NCBI GenBank assembly: GCA_951406725.2
Contig: OX597816.1
Coordinates: 27,900,001-27,964,000 of the forward strand
Origin: Octopus vulgaris
Lineage: Eukaryota
DNA length: 64,000 nucleotides
Reading direction: 5' to 3'
The position numbers were made by a program, and so were the translations under genes. Below, one piece after another: positions 12,783 to 27,954 of this stretch. Numbering within the stretch: the stretch's first letter is position 1; every line of letters begins with the position of its first letter. The notes under the pieces were generated by a model. It was given only the letters and a program-made list of their open reading frames with translations, was not told where the DNA came from and searched no databases.

Positions 12783-13693
12783 AGGGCCCATGGACAACTT
12801 CCAGAGATCCCTGGCCTGGCAGTGCTACCGAGAAGCGCTACCCGTTCGGGATAAGCTCTACAGACACGGCTCGAGAAACACGGTGCCGACCTGCCCGAGA
12901 TGCGGGCAGAGCGACGAAACCGTTCTGCACGCACTCGTTCAGTGTCCAACAATTTCCGACCTGTGGGCTTATGTCGAACAACTGCTGTCACGTGTGGGAC
13001 GAGTCGGTTTATCAGCTGAGTCTATCGTCAATATTGTCACGCCTCCTTCCTTCAAACGGGAAGGAAGAGCTATTTTCATCATCCTTGTGGCTATGGCGAA
13101 AGAATGTATCTGGTGGACGCGTCTGAAAGGATTGGAGACAAACACTTTCCTCTCTGGTCAATCTCTCATCAACTTCTTCAAGTACCACTTGAAAAGGAAA
13201 GTGAGAGTAGAGAGGCAAGTTTTGTCTAGCGAATGTTTTAAAAAAGATGGGTGAATGTAGCAAGAATGGCACGTATGAATGACGAAGCCACCTTGAGCAT
13301 AGTCCTATGAACCCAGAAATCGAAAACAGAGAGTTGCTTATTTGCAAAAAAAAAAAAAAAAAAAAAAAGAAATATAAAATGTGACTTCATTGACCGAGGT
13401 TACCGTGGTCTTTTCCGTAGGCTTTTCTTTCCACGGGTAAACCTCACCTGTCCTCCCCTTTACACTTCATATTGACATTTCTGTGATAACGATCCCTATT
13501 GATCAATTTTTTTTCCTCTCCCCCTTTCTTTTTAACCCCCTTTTTTGTCCTCTTTCTCTCCTTTTACGATCCCTTTTGATCGAAACTCCCCCTTCCTTTT
13601 TTTTTTTTTTTTTTTTTTTAAACCTTCAAAAGAAAAGCTCTACCTTGTAATTTGTTCTATCTGTGTGCAGCCCTGTGTGGCTAATAAAGAAAC
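12783..13693 (+). mobile_element. 5'-truncated Tx1/L1-clade LINE (zf-RVT CCHC domain plus 3' UTR) in (TATC)n
   Basis: [26 protein letters not shown]...[18 protein letters not shown]...KECIWWTR; ends aataaagaaac followed by atatctatccatc. Confidence 0.9.
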
Positions 13694-14121
13694 ATATCTA
13701 TCCATCTACCTATCTATTTAATATAAGTCCGTTTTCTATCTATTTAGTATATATGTATTTTTTATAACACGACATTTGCATAAATGTAGACGTATGCAAA
13801 TTGGCAGATTTGTGTGCAATTATTCTTGAACGCATTCATGTATTTTATAAACAAACATATAGATAACGAGGCATAGGTTCTCGCATAATATAAACCTAGA
13901 CGTGGGTGTGTGTGTGTGTGTGTGTTAGTATAAATTCACGTATTTATGCTTGTGAGCTTTTGTGTTTATATTATTTTTATATGCTGACTTTTACACACCC
14001 CTCTCCACTCGCAAACACACACACACACACATATATGTATCTATATATATGTACGTGTCTACACACACACACGTATATAAATATTCATATGTGTGTATGT
14101 GTGTGTAGATACATAAATATA

Positions 14122-14179
<58 letters not shown>

Positions 14180-14204
14180 AGAATATATATATATATATAT
14201 ATAC

Positions 14205-14251
<47 letters not shown>

Positions 14252-14403
14252 CATACATTGCTATTCATACATATATACATATACATTTATACATATATGT
14301 ATATATATATGTATATATACATACATACATATATATATATATACATATTCATATATATGCATATATATATATATATATATATATACATACATATTCATAT
14401 ATA

Positions 14404-14461
<58 letters not shown>

Positions 14462-15181
14462 CATATGTATGAATACGCAAACACACACAAACACACGTTC
14501 ACTTACACACATATATATACGCATACGCGCACGTAATTACAGACAGGTATATATATTTATGAAAGAACACACAGACAACGTGGCATTTGTTTCCTTCCGT
14601 ATTAAGACGCAATTCAAAGCATCCTTTTACCCTCTCCTTGCCTGACATTCTTAAGTGAATAATTTAATCAACTTAATTACCATTTATGCAGATATATTTC
14701 CATGGTTGCTAGCGTAAATACACGCGTATAAGTTGTACCTGCGAAGATACAACTAATTATATTAGGGGGAGAAACGCAAAGAAGTTCAGTAGTCACGTAT
14801 GCAGAGGTAGAAGCGTGTAGATACACATGTGTATGTATGTATGTATGTATGTATGTATGTATGTATGTATGTATGTATGTATGTATGTATGTGTGTGTGT
14901 ATGTATGTACGTATGTAGACACACACTCACACACACACACATACACACACACTTATATATATGCACACACACATAGATATGTACACACACTGATATGTAT
15001 GTATATACGTAAAAGTACACTCTGTTGAATAAGAACTACTAATAATGTCTTGGCAGAATTATATACATACATACATACATAATACATACATATATACATA
15101 CATAATACAAACATACATACATACATTCATACATACATACATACATACATACATACATACACACACACATACATACATACA

Positions 15182-15213
<32 letters not shown>

Positions 15214-15324
15214 CACACACATACATACATACATACATACATACATACATACATGGATACATACATACATACATACATACATACAAACATACATACATAC
15301 CAGTAGAAATACGTATGTATGTAT

Positions 15325-15607
15325 TCTTTATTCTTTTACACGTTCCATTCATTTGATTGCGGCGATGGTGGAACACTGCGTTAAAGGGTTTTGGTCGAAG
15401 AAATCAAACCCAGGATCTATTCATTGCGAACCTAGTACTTATACCATCGGTCTCTTTTGCCGAAGCGCTAGGATACGAGGACGTAAACACCAAAATTGGT
15501 TGTCAAGTGATGGAGCGGGGACAAATACAGACACAAAGTCATACACGCACACACACACACACACACATACACATACAAGCCCATACATACATACATACAT
15601 ACATACA

Positions 15608-15643
<36 letters not shown>

Positions 15644-15702
15644 TATATACATACGACAGGCTTCTTTCAGTTTCCATCTACCAAATCCACTCATAAGGCT
15701 TT
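15325..15702 (-). mobile_element. SINE family B, head missing
   Basis: Homology to family B. Confidence 0.8.
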
Positions 15703-15794
15703 AGTTTCTCTCTGTCACTCTCTCCCCATCTTTTAACTTGTATACACACATATATACATACTAACACAGTTTCTGTCTGTCTGTCTGTCTCTCC

Positions 15795-15870
<76 letters not shown>

Positions 15871-15873
<3 letters not shown>

Positions 15874-16051
15874 CGTAGGCGTGGCTAAGTGGTAAGAAGC
15901 TTGCTTCCCAACCACATGGTTCTGGGTCTATCCCACCGCAAGACACCTTGGGCAATTGTCTTCTACTGTAGCCTCGGGCCGACTAAAGCCTTATGAGTTG
16001 ATCTGATAGACGGAAACTGTGTGTGTATATATATTATATATTATATATATG

Positions 16052-16103
<52 letters not shown>

Positions 16104-16315
16104 TGTGTGTGAGTGTGTGTTCGCTCCTCCCCACTACCGGTGGTGGTGTGTTTAAGTTTATGTAACATAGCGGTTCGGCAAAAGAAACCGATACAATAAG
16201 TACTAGGCTTACAAAGAAAAAGTACCGTGGTCGATTTCGTCGTCTAGAACCCTTTAAACACTGCGTCGTCATGGCGACAGTCAAATGATTGAAAAGTGTA
16301 AAAGAATAAAAGAAT
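15871..16315 (+). mobile_element. SINE family B
   Basis: aggcgtaggcgtggctaagtggtaag head; accttgggcaa core. Confidence 0.85.
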
Positions 16316-17250
16316 GAGATAGTTGTTGATAGTTTAAAAGCAAACAAAAATTCTACATACCGCTTAATGGTATTTGCGTTTGATGCAGTGGAATCAATCG
16401 GTTGCTGTTAGTAGTTTCTAGTATTGGAAAATCTGTTGGAGCTTTGAGAATTTGATTTTAATTCTATTCTCATTATGTATCGGATTTATATATACTTCTA
16501 ACACATGCACGCACACCCACACCCACACATATGCACTTATAAGGGACTGAGTGTGTTCCTTTGCGAATGTATTAGTTTTCGTTTCTTTAATCTGTATATA
16601 TCAAAAGATAAATATGTAAATGTCAAACTGGAGATATTTGAGAGTATTAAATTGTAATGTCAGTGCTCCTTCATGTTGAAGTTTACGACCGAGTGTTGAC
16701 AGTTTTGGGAGGAACGCAATTTGCCCTCGTCTTTATTACCAGTCTGATAGAAGGTCGCACTTGAGAGACAACGTAGCTGGAAATATTCGAAATACAATTA
16801 TCTTTGATTTGAATCATGTCTGATGATGGTCAAATGTGTTGGAGTTGAAAATATTGATAATTTTAAACTCGAAGCTATACAAATTCGTCACATATTCTTA
16901 TCAGTGGAAGTCAGGCCAGGTTTTCTTGTCTTGCACGTGTAGAATTTCACCTCAGTAAGTTTAATGTCGGTGACACTATTGCTTGAATCGCAGCTCATGA
17001 GTGAAACACCTTGATTCTTGGTTCAAATTTCAGACATTGACTCTGATCAATTTCTTTCATATTAAAGGCCATTGAACTGATCAATCTCTATCGAATGGCG
17101 CACGATTCAGAGTTAGGTGTACACGAAATGAAATTGCTTCCATATTTCATCCCTTGCAATACATTCCTACACACGCACACAGACACACACATACTGACAC
17201 ACACAGAGACAAACACACATATGTATGTATATATATATGTACGTATATAT

Positions 17251-17308
<58 letters not shown>

Positions 17309-18523
17309 GTAAAATATGAAAAATGTACGAAAATGCATATTGCAAATAGAAAAAGGCTATTTATGACAGGTAGTGACAAATATATACATTTAGATTGACT
17401 GAGGTAGTAATATGAGTCATAAAGGTCATTATTATGAGATAATTATAATATGATAATAAAGTAAGAGAACAAAACGAACCAGTGGTTTACACGAAGGCTA
17501 TTCATATATATGTATATATGAATATATATGTATACACACACACACAACTCACACACACACAAACACTCACACACACACACAAACACACACACACACACAC
17601 ACATACGCATACACAATACATATGCGCGCGCACACACATATCGCGTGCCCTTCCGCTATTGTTGGGATCAACAAAACGAGTACTCCATCTAGTTGAGAGA
17701 TAGACATCATTTAATAAACACAAGGTCTGAATGTTAGTTACTATAAGTTTCCTGACCTGATACTACAATAGTCGGAGCTGTTTAAAATTGCGTGCAAGAT
17801 AAGGCATACAAATATAGCAGCACACATGTGTTCAGAATATAGCCACTCTCATACAAAACACAGTATACATTGTCGAATACATAGATTTACATATCCAGAG
17901 ACACACATATTCGCGCATCTAGAGACACCATCCAGTAATTTTTAGCTCCGTTTATATAAATTCATAATTCATTCTTAGATTAATTGGGAGTGAAAACGTA
18001 GAAGCAGAAGATAAGTTGATCTAAGTCATTTAGAAATTACGGACGACAAAGTGAGTAATAAAGGATGTGTGAATTAATCAATAGATAAGTAATTCCAAGG
18101 AAACCAGTGAATTTCTTGTATGTATTCGATATCGAATTAGTGTTTAGTTAAAAGAAGTATAAAGTGTTTTTCGTTTTATGTTTTATTTTACAGTGTTTGT
18201 ATGAAAGAGCGGTGGATTATGTCAAATCGAAAAATTAGTAGATCAACTACTTTGCACATTTTAACTGTATTTTTAACATCTAGTGTCCAAATAGCTGCAG
18301 AGTCAATTTGGTATTGTATTATAAAGGACTGTGTATCGATATCCTCTTCCCAAATTGTAGATTTGTGACTACAGTTGAAGACATTTATATCATTAATGAA
18401 AATGGATAACTTTGCCTTTCAACATTTCGGGTCAATAGAATAAGTACCAGTAGAGTACTGGAGCCGATGTAATACACTAGTCCCTCCCCCTAAATTTCAG
18501 GCCTTGTGCCTATAGTAGAAAGG

Positions 18524-18565
<42 letters not shown>

Positions 18566-18812
18566 GTTATCATCATCATCATCATTATTTTCATTCTCGG
18601 TCTGAAGAATTACTGTTAGATGTCTTATATATTTTTCTACATGTATACCTATGTACCTCCTATTAGTAATGAAACATAAAAGGCGGAATTTTATATAATC
18701 CCAACAACTGAACACACACACACACACACATACACACACACACAGAAATACAGACGGGGAAAGAAAAAGATACATACGTTTATACATACATACATACATA
18801 GATATATATATA

Positions 18813-19040
18813 TTTCTTTATTGCCCACAGGAGGCTAAACATAGAGAGGACAAACAAGGACAGACAAAGCGATTAAGTCGATTACATAGACCCCAGTGCC
18901 TAACTGGTACTTATTTAATCGACCCCGACAAGATGAAAGGCAAAGTCGACCTCGGCGGAATTTGAACTGTCGTTAAGACAGCCAAAATACCACTATGCAT
19001 TCAGGCCGGCGTACTAACGTTTCTGCCAGCTCCCCGCCTT
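18813..19040 (-). mobile_element. SINE family A, near full length
   Basis: Reverse complement begins aaggcggggagctggcagaaacgttag; core ccgaggtcgactttgcctttcatc. Confidence 0.88.
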
Positions 19041-19054
19041 AAAGGTATATATAT

Positions 19055-19647
<593 letters not shown>

Positions 19648-19966
19648 ATATATATATATATATATTACCGTAATTAAAAAATATCTGTCTATATCTATGT
19701 ATATAGTATAAAGTCGGGTGGTATGATAGGTAAATGTAGACTTGTTTAGCTACGTGACTTCCATAGGAATACCGGCGTTTTGCAATCTTCATTATGCAAC
19801 ATTATTGAAAGCCGAGTCCATGGGTGGAGCTTACTCTAATAGCCTCACCAGTCTCTGAATCCATATCGTATACTACACTTTTTCAAACACACACACACAC
19901 ACACGCACACACACACACACACGCACACAGACACGCACACGCACCGACATGTACGTATGTACCTTC

Positions 19967-20010
<44 letters not shown>

Positions 20011-20072
20011 TTATCTGTTGTCTATCTATCTAACTATCTATCTATCTATTTATCTCTCTGTCTCACTGTCTA

Positions 20073-20124
<52 letters not shown>

Positions 20125-20174
20125 CCTATCAATCTATCTATCTATCTATCTATCCATCCACCCATCTATTTATG

Positions 20175-20208
<34 letters not shown>

Positions 20209-20587
20209 TGTATGTATGTATGTATGTATCTATCTATCTATCTATCTATCTCTATATCTATCTACATAGATATGCATGTATACGTGCACTTATGTGGCTA
20301 TGAATATCTTTAATTTGCAGCAAGCCTTCTCTTCAAAAACGGTAGTAATAACTTACGGATGTTAGTTTTCATTTCTAAACTTGTAGGGTATTCATGTATG
20401 TAAGTAAATTTTGTACACAATGTTCCACGCATATAACATCTATGCATCTGTAAGCAAGTATACGTCAGATAATCTACTTATAGCTGCGCCTATAATTACA
20501 TTATCAAAGACAGGTGGATGAGTAGTTATGGATATACATACGTATAAGCGTATACATATATAAACATATGCGCATATATCTGTATAT

Positions 20588-21000
20588 AGGTGCAGGTGTA
20601 GCTGTGATGTTGAGAAGCTGTATTCCCAACCATGAGGATGTGTGTTCAGTCCCACTGTGTGACACATTCTCCTATAGCCCCAGGTCGACTCAAGTCTTGC
20701 GAGTGTATTTAGTATATGGAAATGAAAAGAAGCACGTGGTATGCATACATATATGTATATATGTGTACGTGGATGTGAATGTGAGTGTTTGTGTCTGTGT
20801 GTTTTATTTGCTCTTCGCCATCACTTGACTTTTGGTGTTGGTTTTTTTACGTTTGCCGAAAGTAACGGTTTCTCAACAGAATCCGATAGAATATTTACCG
20901 GAAGTTAAAAAATCAAATACTGGTGTCGATTTGTTAAACTAAACACTCAAGAATGTGTCCCAGAATGGCTGCAGTCCAATGATTGAAACAAATAAAAGCA
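20588..21000 (+). mobile_element. Old SINE family B copy
   Basis: Degenerate homology (gttcagtcccactgtgtgacac; aatggctgcagtccaatgattgaaacaa). Confidence 0.7.
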
Positions 21001-21028
21001 GATGTGTTTGCGTACCTCTGTGTGCACA

Positions 21029-21067
<39 letters not shown>

Positions 21068-21644
21068 ACTCATATCCATTGGAATGTATACAAATACTTG
21101 TGCATAACTATATACATATACATGCACATATACACGCATATATATATCCTTATGTATTTAAAAAAATACAAGTATATAAATAAGAAAATAAATATAAAAA
21201 ATCAGTAGGGCATATGGGATTATTCTCTGTGTCAGGGAGAATGTTTGTTCCCGGTACAGAGATTATAATACTTGTAATGTCTGGGACTGTAGGTTTGGCC
21301 AAACAGTAGCAATTGTTGAAGCGATAACAAGAACAGTAATAAAGATTGAATGAATAGAGATTAAATGAGCCTACTTACCGATCATACATGCCAACAGATG
21401 AGAATGCAGTTGAGAATATTTGAAGAAAGTGGCCACATGATCTATGAGGAAGAGAAGCAGAATGGAATTGGTGAATTATAAGAGTTCAAATAGACCAATC
21501 ATTACAGTTACAATTCAATATTTCATCGATGAGATTAATCATAGAGGCATATAAATTAAGTACGAGTTGCGTACTGAGATCGATCTAATCGACTGGCCTG
21601 CGCCCACAAAATTTCAGCCCTTGTGCCTAGAGTAGAAAAGAATA

Positions 21645-21870
21645 TAGATTAATATCTGTTGGAGAGCATGTGAGTTAAGAGTTGTTAAGTTGTTAAGAAT
21701 TTACGGTAGGAAGGACTGGTAGGAAGTATTTAGTTCAGGTTGTGAAGGGTCAGGATAGAAGAACTAAGTGATTAAATGGACTTGCGTTTCGAGGGTAAGT
21801 GGTTAGCTATTTCAGAGGAGCAGAGTCCATTATTGGTGCGATTGGTGGTAGAAGTGTCAGAAAGAAGTAA
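21645..21870 (-). pseudogene. Degenerate 3' end of a CR1/Jockey-group LINE
   Basis: Minus strand encodes an NGLCSSEIA-like segment and a decayed SF..R....NSL terminal pattern. Confidence 0.4.
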
Positions 21871-22049
21871 GATATATATGAATTAATAGTTGAAACATGT
21901 CGGGAGAGTGAAACAGAAATCACACTTGCACCGATTTTGTTTTCATCGAACTGCAGTTGATAAAATAATAACTATTTACTATACTGGTTTCAGCATATTC
22001 GACGGTCAGATTCACCTAAAAATATGAGGCGCCATTGTGCCAATGTATA

Positions 22050-22600
22050 TATTGGACAATGGTAGAGAGAATGACCAAGATGTTCCCGGCAGCCACTTCG
22101 AATCATGATGTCAACCACTTATTCTTTGATTCAACTTATTGCTACTTGAACTTGTATTGACTCAGAACATTCGAGATCAAACCTAATCGAGCAGATCCAT
22201 GATGGAATATGTTCTACAGTTGACCACACCCTGTTATTTCGTATCAAATACTTTACAACGTAATCTTCTTCATTTAAGACGATGATATATGTGTTAATGG
22301 AAAGATGGATTTTCTTTCTAGCAGGCCTAACAACCATGACTTGGCTACTTTATTGGTTTATGGCAATCATTGAATGTAATTTTGTTCGAATGCTTGGTTC
22401 TTGATTCAGGAATCGTTTAAGTAATTTTGTGAAGATCCATGTCTTTCCTCGAGGCGGATAACCCCCATCCGCTCATCATTTCTTCACAACACTTCTAATG
22501 TGATTTGTGAAAATCGAGACAAGATCCATTTTGTATTCTATGTCATGAACGACATTGAGAATATTCATTTTAGATATGCATGTAGAAAAGCATTTATATG
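22050..22600 (+). pseudogene. Possible highly decayed LINE RT remnant
   Basis: Ordered weak motifs VDHTLL, WIFFL, FVFYVMNDI..FRYA resemble RT domains 3-5. Confidence 0.3.
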
Positions 22601-24145
22601 AATGAAAGAATTTATACCAGGTAACACTGATGTTGCAAGCGATTGAAAGAAAATTTATTGCTACGAATAAAATACGGAAATAATTTTGTAGGCTGAACCA
22701 AAGCTGGTTCCAAATTATTTAACCCCGAATCAGTTCTGATTTTTGAAATGTAATCATAAGTATAGCATCTATGCTATTCCATACTTTTGCTTACCTCGGA
22801 TTACATTGTCTAATGTATCACACTTCTATTTAAAAGCTTAAGGAACATTTGTGTATTATTTCTAACAAGTCTAGAGACTTCGTACTAAGCTCCGTCTTTG
22901 ACGAAATTAAGGAAATGTGTAACAATGATATTATTGGTAAGAATAGATAAGCTGTTGTGCTTTTATATATTCTGAGCGAGAAATGTTAGTATTGTTGATG
23001 TCGAGCAGTTTTATCTAAATATCTAAACAGAATAACTGAATTTGTCACTTAGAACTTGTCACTTACTTGTGGACTATCCTCAGAATTATTGATATATCGA
23101 CCGCTTATATTGGCGTAATTCCATATATTCGTTGCGGAGAGATATCTCAGTTACTATTGTGGTTTAGCCTCAGGTCAGTCATGACTGAGAGTAGCTTCGA
23201 TAAAAGATAACACTGTTTTTATTCGGATTTGGTGTATCTTGGAACAGATTGTCCTTTCCGTTTTTAAGATAGAAGTTTTGATTCAAAGCGGGTTTTTCAG
23301 TTCTTTTTAGCAAATTGAACGCAGACAAAGATCTCTTGTTGGCCCATTAGAAAGAGATGTAATTATTGTCTAATTCCAACTGACTTCTGACCGTGTAAGC
23401 AAACGTATGACCTAAGTGTTCCGTCCATGACTATCCTGTTTTGCGACATACGGTTTCATTTTTAAAACCTGGAAACTGTGATGTGAAGGAGATTTGGCCA
23501 TTATTTCTAACATGGAAAACACATTCAGATTTTAATGTCATTCTGAGTTGTACTTTATTTTTATCGAGCTAAAATCGATGTGACAGGATTTTGCTCAAAA
23601 GGCAATGAAGCAATTTTTAAGATGGCGGCCAGATTTTTCTTCTAGTGTTGTAGTTGTTTAGCCTTTCCCGTCCAAATTTACATTGATTTATGATATAGAT
23701 TCAATCTCACAGATTGTGGAAGTATTACAATAACAGAAGCCGAAGGTTTACTGACATCAATGATGATGAAAAGTAATTCCGAACGCTGCAGGATTCAAAC
23801 TTAGATTGAAAGATAACAGAATATTGGAGGACATCTGTTGAGGTTTTGGATACATTTCTGGGTTTTCTCATATATTCACTATAGGAGAAGGAAATAAAGG
23901 ACATCAATATTCTAGAGGCGAGCTGATATATCTTACATTGGGACGGACGTTTTGAGGTAGAAATGGTTGAAGAATATTTTTACTACTCTCAGATTCTATA
24001 ATTAAAGGCTTTCACAGAATTAACTGCATATTTCTTCTCGGTGTATCTGTAAGCTTACATCTAATTAATAAAATGTTCATTTTAATTAGTGCCTTTAAAT
24101 ATGTAAAAACAGGAAAAATTCACTGAGTAAAGGCCTGAATACATG

Positions 24146-24835
24146 GAGGGTGCGATGGGTAAATTGTCGCCATTGTATATTTTAAGTTTTGTACATACGC
24201 ATTGTTGTGTTTTTGATTTTGTCGACTACACCGTATAGTAGTGGGGCACCGTTTGTGAGAGAAGCATCATGAGGCAATTCATTCTGCCAGTAATTTGGAA
24301 CATATATGCTATACTGTTTGGCATTCGTGTCGGAAGCACCAGTACGAACATTTCAGAGTGTTTGGATGTCAATCTGAGGACAGTGCTGGAAGACCCTATG
24401 CCTGGCAACAGGCCTCTGCACCATGCCACACAGGCAGGAGAACCCAGTCATAAATGTCGGACAATTTATACAAGTACATCATCCCTAATGTCTGGCCACA
24501 AAACTCCCCAGACTGCAACTTCATTCGTTATTATCTGTGGGGCGTAGCTGACCGGAGAGACCAACGAAACTCCTTGTAACCCCAAATATAAACTGAAGGC
24601 GAGGATTATGGCAGCATACATCAACTTAAACAAGGAGAACCCCCAAAAGACTTGCAGGAGATTTCGAAGTCGTCTGAAGTCCGTGGTTGAAGCAAATGGC
24701 AATTATATTGAATAAATTTACTCTTTAGTATTGCAAGATATTATTATGTAATTTTGGCAAATATATTTGCTAAAATGAGATGTCAGTGTTATTTTCCTCC
24801 TTCCGTAATTTAGACAATTTATTCACCGCACTCGG
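24146..24835 (+). mobile_element. Internally deleted Tc1/mariner-superfamily DNA transposon
   Basis: Imperfect TIRs gggtgcgatgggtaaattgtc / gacaatttattcaccgcactc with TA at the right end; WPQNSPDCN..YYLWG transposase motif near 24490-24545. Confidence 0.8.
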
Positions 24836-24863
24836 TATGTATGTATGTATGCATGTATGTATG

Positions 24864-24902
<39 letters not shown>

Positions 24903-24975
24903 ATAGAGAGAGAGAGAGAAAGAAAGAGACAGATACAAACAGACAGACAGACAGACTGACAGACAGAGAGATATA

Positions 24976-26100
24976 CATCCATGACAGCAGTGAATAGACA
25001 CCAAAAACAAGATTATGTTATGTCTATTTTAGCTTGAAAATGTTTATATTGTTTTATTAACTGGCATTTTTATGTTTCAGTTTCAAAATGTGACTATTTA
25101 ATCTAATCATAAAAGAACCCTACGAACTGTCCGAATCTCAAAGAGGCCATATTGTGGGTCAATTTGGATGTGGCCTGTCAGCGTAAAATCGCAGAAAACA
25201 TTGAGGTCACTCTTTCTACAGTTAATTGAGTGATTGTGAAATTCACAAGGGAGAGGAATGAGTCAACATCACCTCGTCAGGTATCTCCACAAACCAGACT
25301 ACTATGGTAGAGTAGCAAGAAGAAGCGACTTCTTCGACCAGCCAACATGAAGCGGAGAAAAGTTTGGGCCAGCAAGATGGTGCGGAGATCACTAGCGTTT
25401 TGGGACACTGTCATATTCTCTGATGAGTCCAGATTTACTGTATTTTCTGACAGTAATCGAGTGTGGTTCTGGAGACTCTGTGATCAAGAATTTGATGTGA
25501 AAAGATTTCATCCAACAATGGAACATAGCAGCTATTCTATGATGGTCCGGGAAGCAATTTGGAGCAATGGTCTATCAGAGCTGGTGGAGTGTAAGGGAAA
25601 TATAAACTCAAATAAATATGTGTCCATATTGCAGAAAAGACTCCTTTGGATCTTCTCCAGTGGTGAAACGTTTAAAGAAGACTCTTTATTTATGGATGGT
25701 GTGGTTTCTTTTCACACACCTAAAATGACCCAAGATTTGTTAGATGAGAATGGCATTAAAAAGCTTTCATGTCCAAACCATTTACCAGATACGAACTCTA
25801 TTGAACACCTTTAGGGCATAATGGATAGGACAATTCATAAAAAGAACAACAATGCATCCTCAATACCAGATCTTTTGAGATTACTGCATGCAACTTAGCA
25901 AGGAATTTCTCAATAGAATATTCGTCATCTCATCAGTAACATGCCTAATAGGGTCCTTGCATTGGAAAATACAAAGGGCATGTCTACTAAATATTAGATA
26001 TTCACATAATATAATTAATAAATAATTTGAATGCATAATTTCAAATTTAAATAAACTCTGACAATTATAAGAGTGTCTATTTACTTCTGTCGCGCGCGCG
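24976..26100 (+). mobile_element. Tc1-family (DD34E-type) transposon relic
   Basis: TIR cores 24983-25001 / 26073-26091; ELSESQRGHIVG HTH start; ORF 25347-25814 with WDTVIFSDESRF and PDTNSIEHL; C-terminal GMSTKY*. Confidence 0.88.
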
Positions 26101-26148
26101 TGTGTGTGTGTCTGTCTGTCTCTGTCTGTCTCTCTCTGTCTCTGTCTC

Positions 26149-26210
<62 letters not shown>

Positions 26211-26869
26211 CTGACAAATATCAATGTCCCATGCGGTTGGCTTGACAATTACTGAGAAAACAATCATGGCCTTGTTAAACCACAAATCAAGAATATTTAT
26301 CTATCAATGCGGTATTGAGATGCATATAAATTCATTCGTGCATATATAGGTATATACGTATGCACAAATATAAACAGATATAAAAATAGGAACCAAGAAA
26401 CCATAATACACAAGCGTCCATTCACACTTAATAAACGCATTAGTTAGCTCGTGATATGAATTATGTTGTAAAATAATTTCATTTCAAGAAATCGTTTATC
26501 TGCAGTCTCTCGTCTTAAAGACCTTTTAAAAACAATTTGAGCTCCATTACTTAGCTCTCATGGGAAAACACTATACATTCTGTCAACAAACGAACTAATT
26601 CTTATTTGCTTGTAATCTCACTCTTTCTTTCTATGATGCATGTATGTATTTATGTATGTATGTATGTATGTATGTATGTATGTATGTATGTATGTATGTA
26701 TGTATGTATGTGTGTATGTATGCATGTATGTTTGTATGTGTATGTGTATTGATCTGACTGTCTATGTATGTATCTACAAACATATCTAATAATATAATTG
26801 TGTGTACGTCTATTTATTCCTGTCTGTCTGTCTCTCCCTCTCTCTCTCTATATATATATATAATATATT

Positions 26870-26900
<31 letters not shown>

Positions 26901-26901
26901 C

Positions 26902-27134
26902 ATATGTGACAATTAGTTGGTTGTCATAATTAAAACTCTGAGTTTCGGATGCTGGGGGTGAAGTCTGCTCCGGCATCTCATCAATTATAACTAATGAGAT
27001 GCCGGAGCAGAATCCAACGCCGGCATCCGAATCTCTGAGTTTTACTATGACAACCAACTAATTGTCACATATATTTATAGATAAATTCCTCTACTTTACA
27101 TAATATCAAGGTCTCACTCATTCTTTTGTTGTCA

Positions 27135-27136
<2 letters not shown>
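26902..27136. mobile_element. Fold-back element: two head-to-head decayed hammerhead-like units between (TA)n and (ATT)n
   Basis: Hairpin of about 170 bp at 26902-27072; arm cores CTAATGA (plus) and TTGATGA (minus), stem gatgccgg/ccggcatc, GAAA ctcagag TT. Confidence 0.7.
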
Positions 27137-27214
<78 letters not shown>

Positions 27215-27284
27215 TATTATTATTATTATTAATATATATACATATATATTTATATATATATCCATATACATACATGTATGTGTG

Positions 27285-27457
27285 TTTGAACGCTAAATCT
27301 ATAAGTTTTTTTAATTCTCTCTGTAGTTTTCTCTTATTCCTTTCTGTTGACGAGCGTAGACCCGAAACATAAAAAAAACTCTTTCACTTTACCGAGAGTT
27401 AAACCTGCTTGTTCCTCATACACCTGTCTTCTTCCCTTGTTTTCCTGTAAATCTCAA

Positions 27458-27458
<1 letters not shown>
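27285..27458 (+). mobile_element. Older H1-related element with decayed HHR-like motif
   Basis: ttt CTGTTGA cgagc gtag accc GAAA ca TA aaa at about 27341-27374; ends before (TA)n. Confidence 0.6.
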
Positions 27459-27521
<63 letters not shown>

Positions 27522-27539
27522 CTATATATATATTGTTCT

Positions 27540-27940
27540 CTTTTTTACCCTTCTACTTGTTTCAGTCCCTTGATTGCGTCCGTGCTGGAGCACCGCCTTT
27601 GGTCGACAAATTGAGTTCAGGACTTATTTTTTGTAAGTCTAGTACTATTCTATCGGTCTCTTTTGCCAAACCGCTAAGTTACGGGGACGTAAACACACCA
27701 TCATCGGTTGTCAAGCGTTGTTGGGGGACATGCACAGAGACACAAACATATATACAAACATACATACATATGTCCATATATACGACGGGCTTCTTTTATT
27801 GTCCCTCTACCAAATCGGCTCATAAGGCTTTGCTCCGCCCGATGCTATAGTAGAAGACACTTGCCCAAGGTGCCACGCAGTGGGAATGAACCTGGAACAA
27901 AGTTGTTGGTAAGCAAACTACTTACCACACAGCCACTCCT
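27540..27940 (-). mobile_element. SINE family B
   Basis: Homology to family B. Confidence 0.85.
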
Positions 27941-27954
27941 GAACACACACACAT

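Noticed and set aside
16815-16860. CTGATGA...GAAA atat hammerhead-like spacing
   Set aside because: No stem II or stem I pairing.
25420-25430. CTGATGAGTCC hammerhead-like core
   Set aside because: Encodes SDES of the Tc1 transposase; no downstream GGAC-GAAA.
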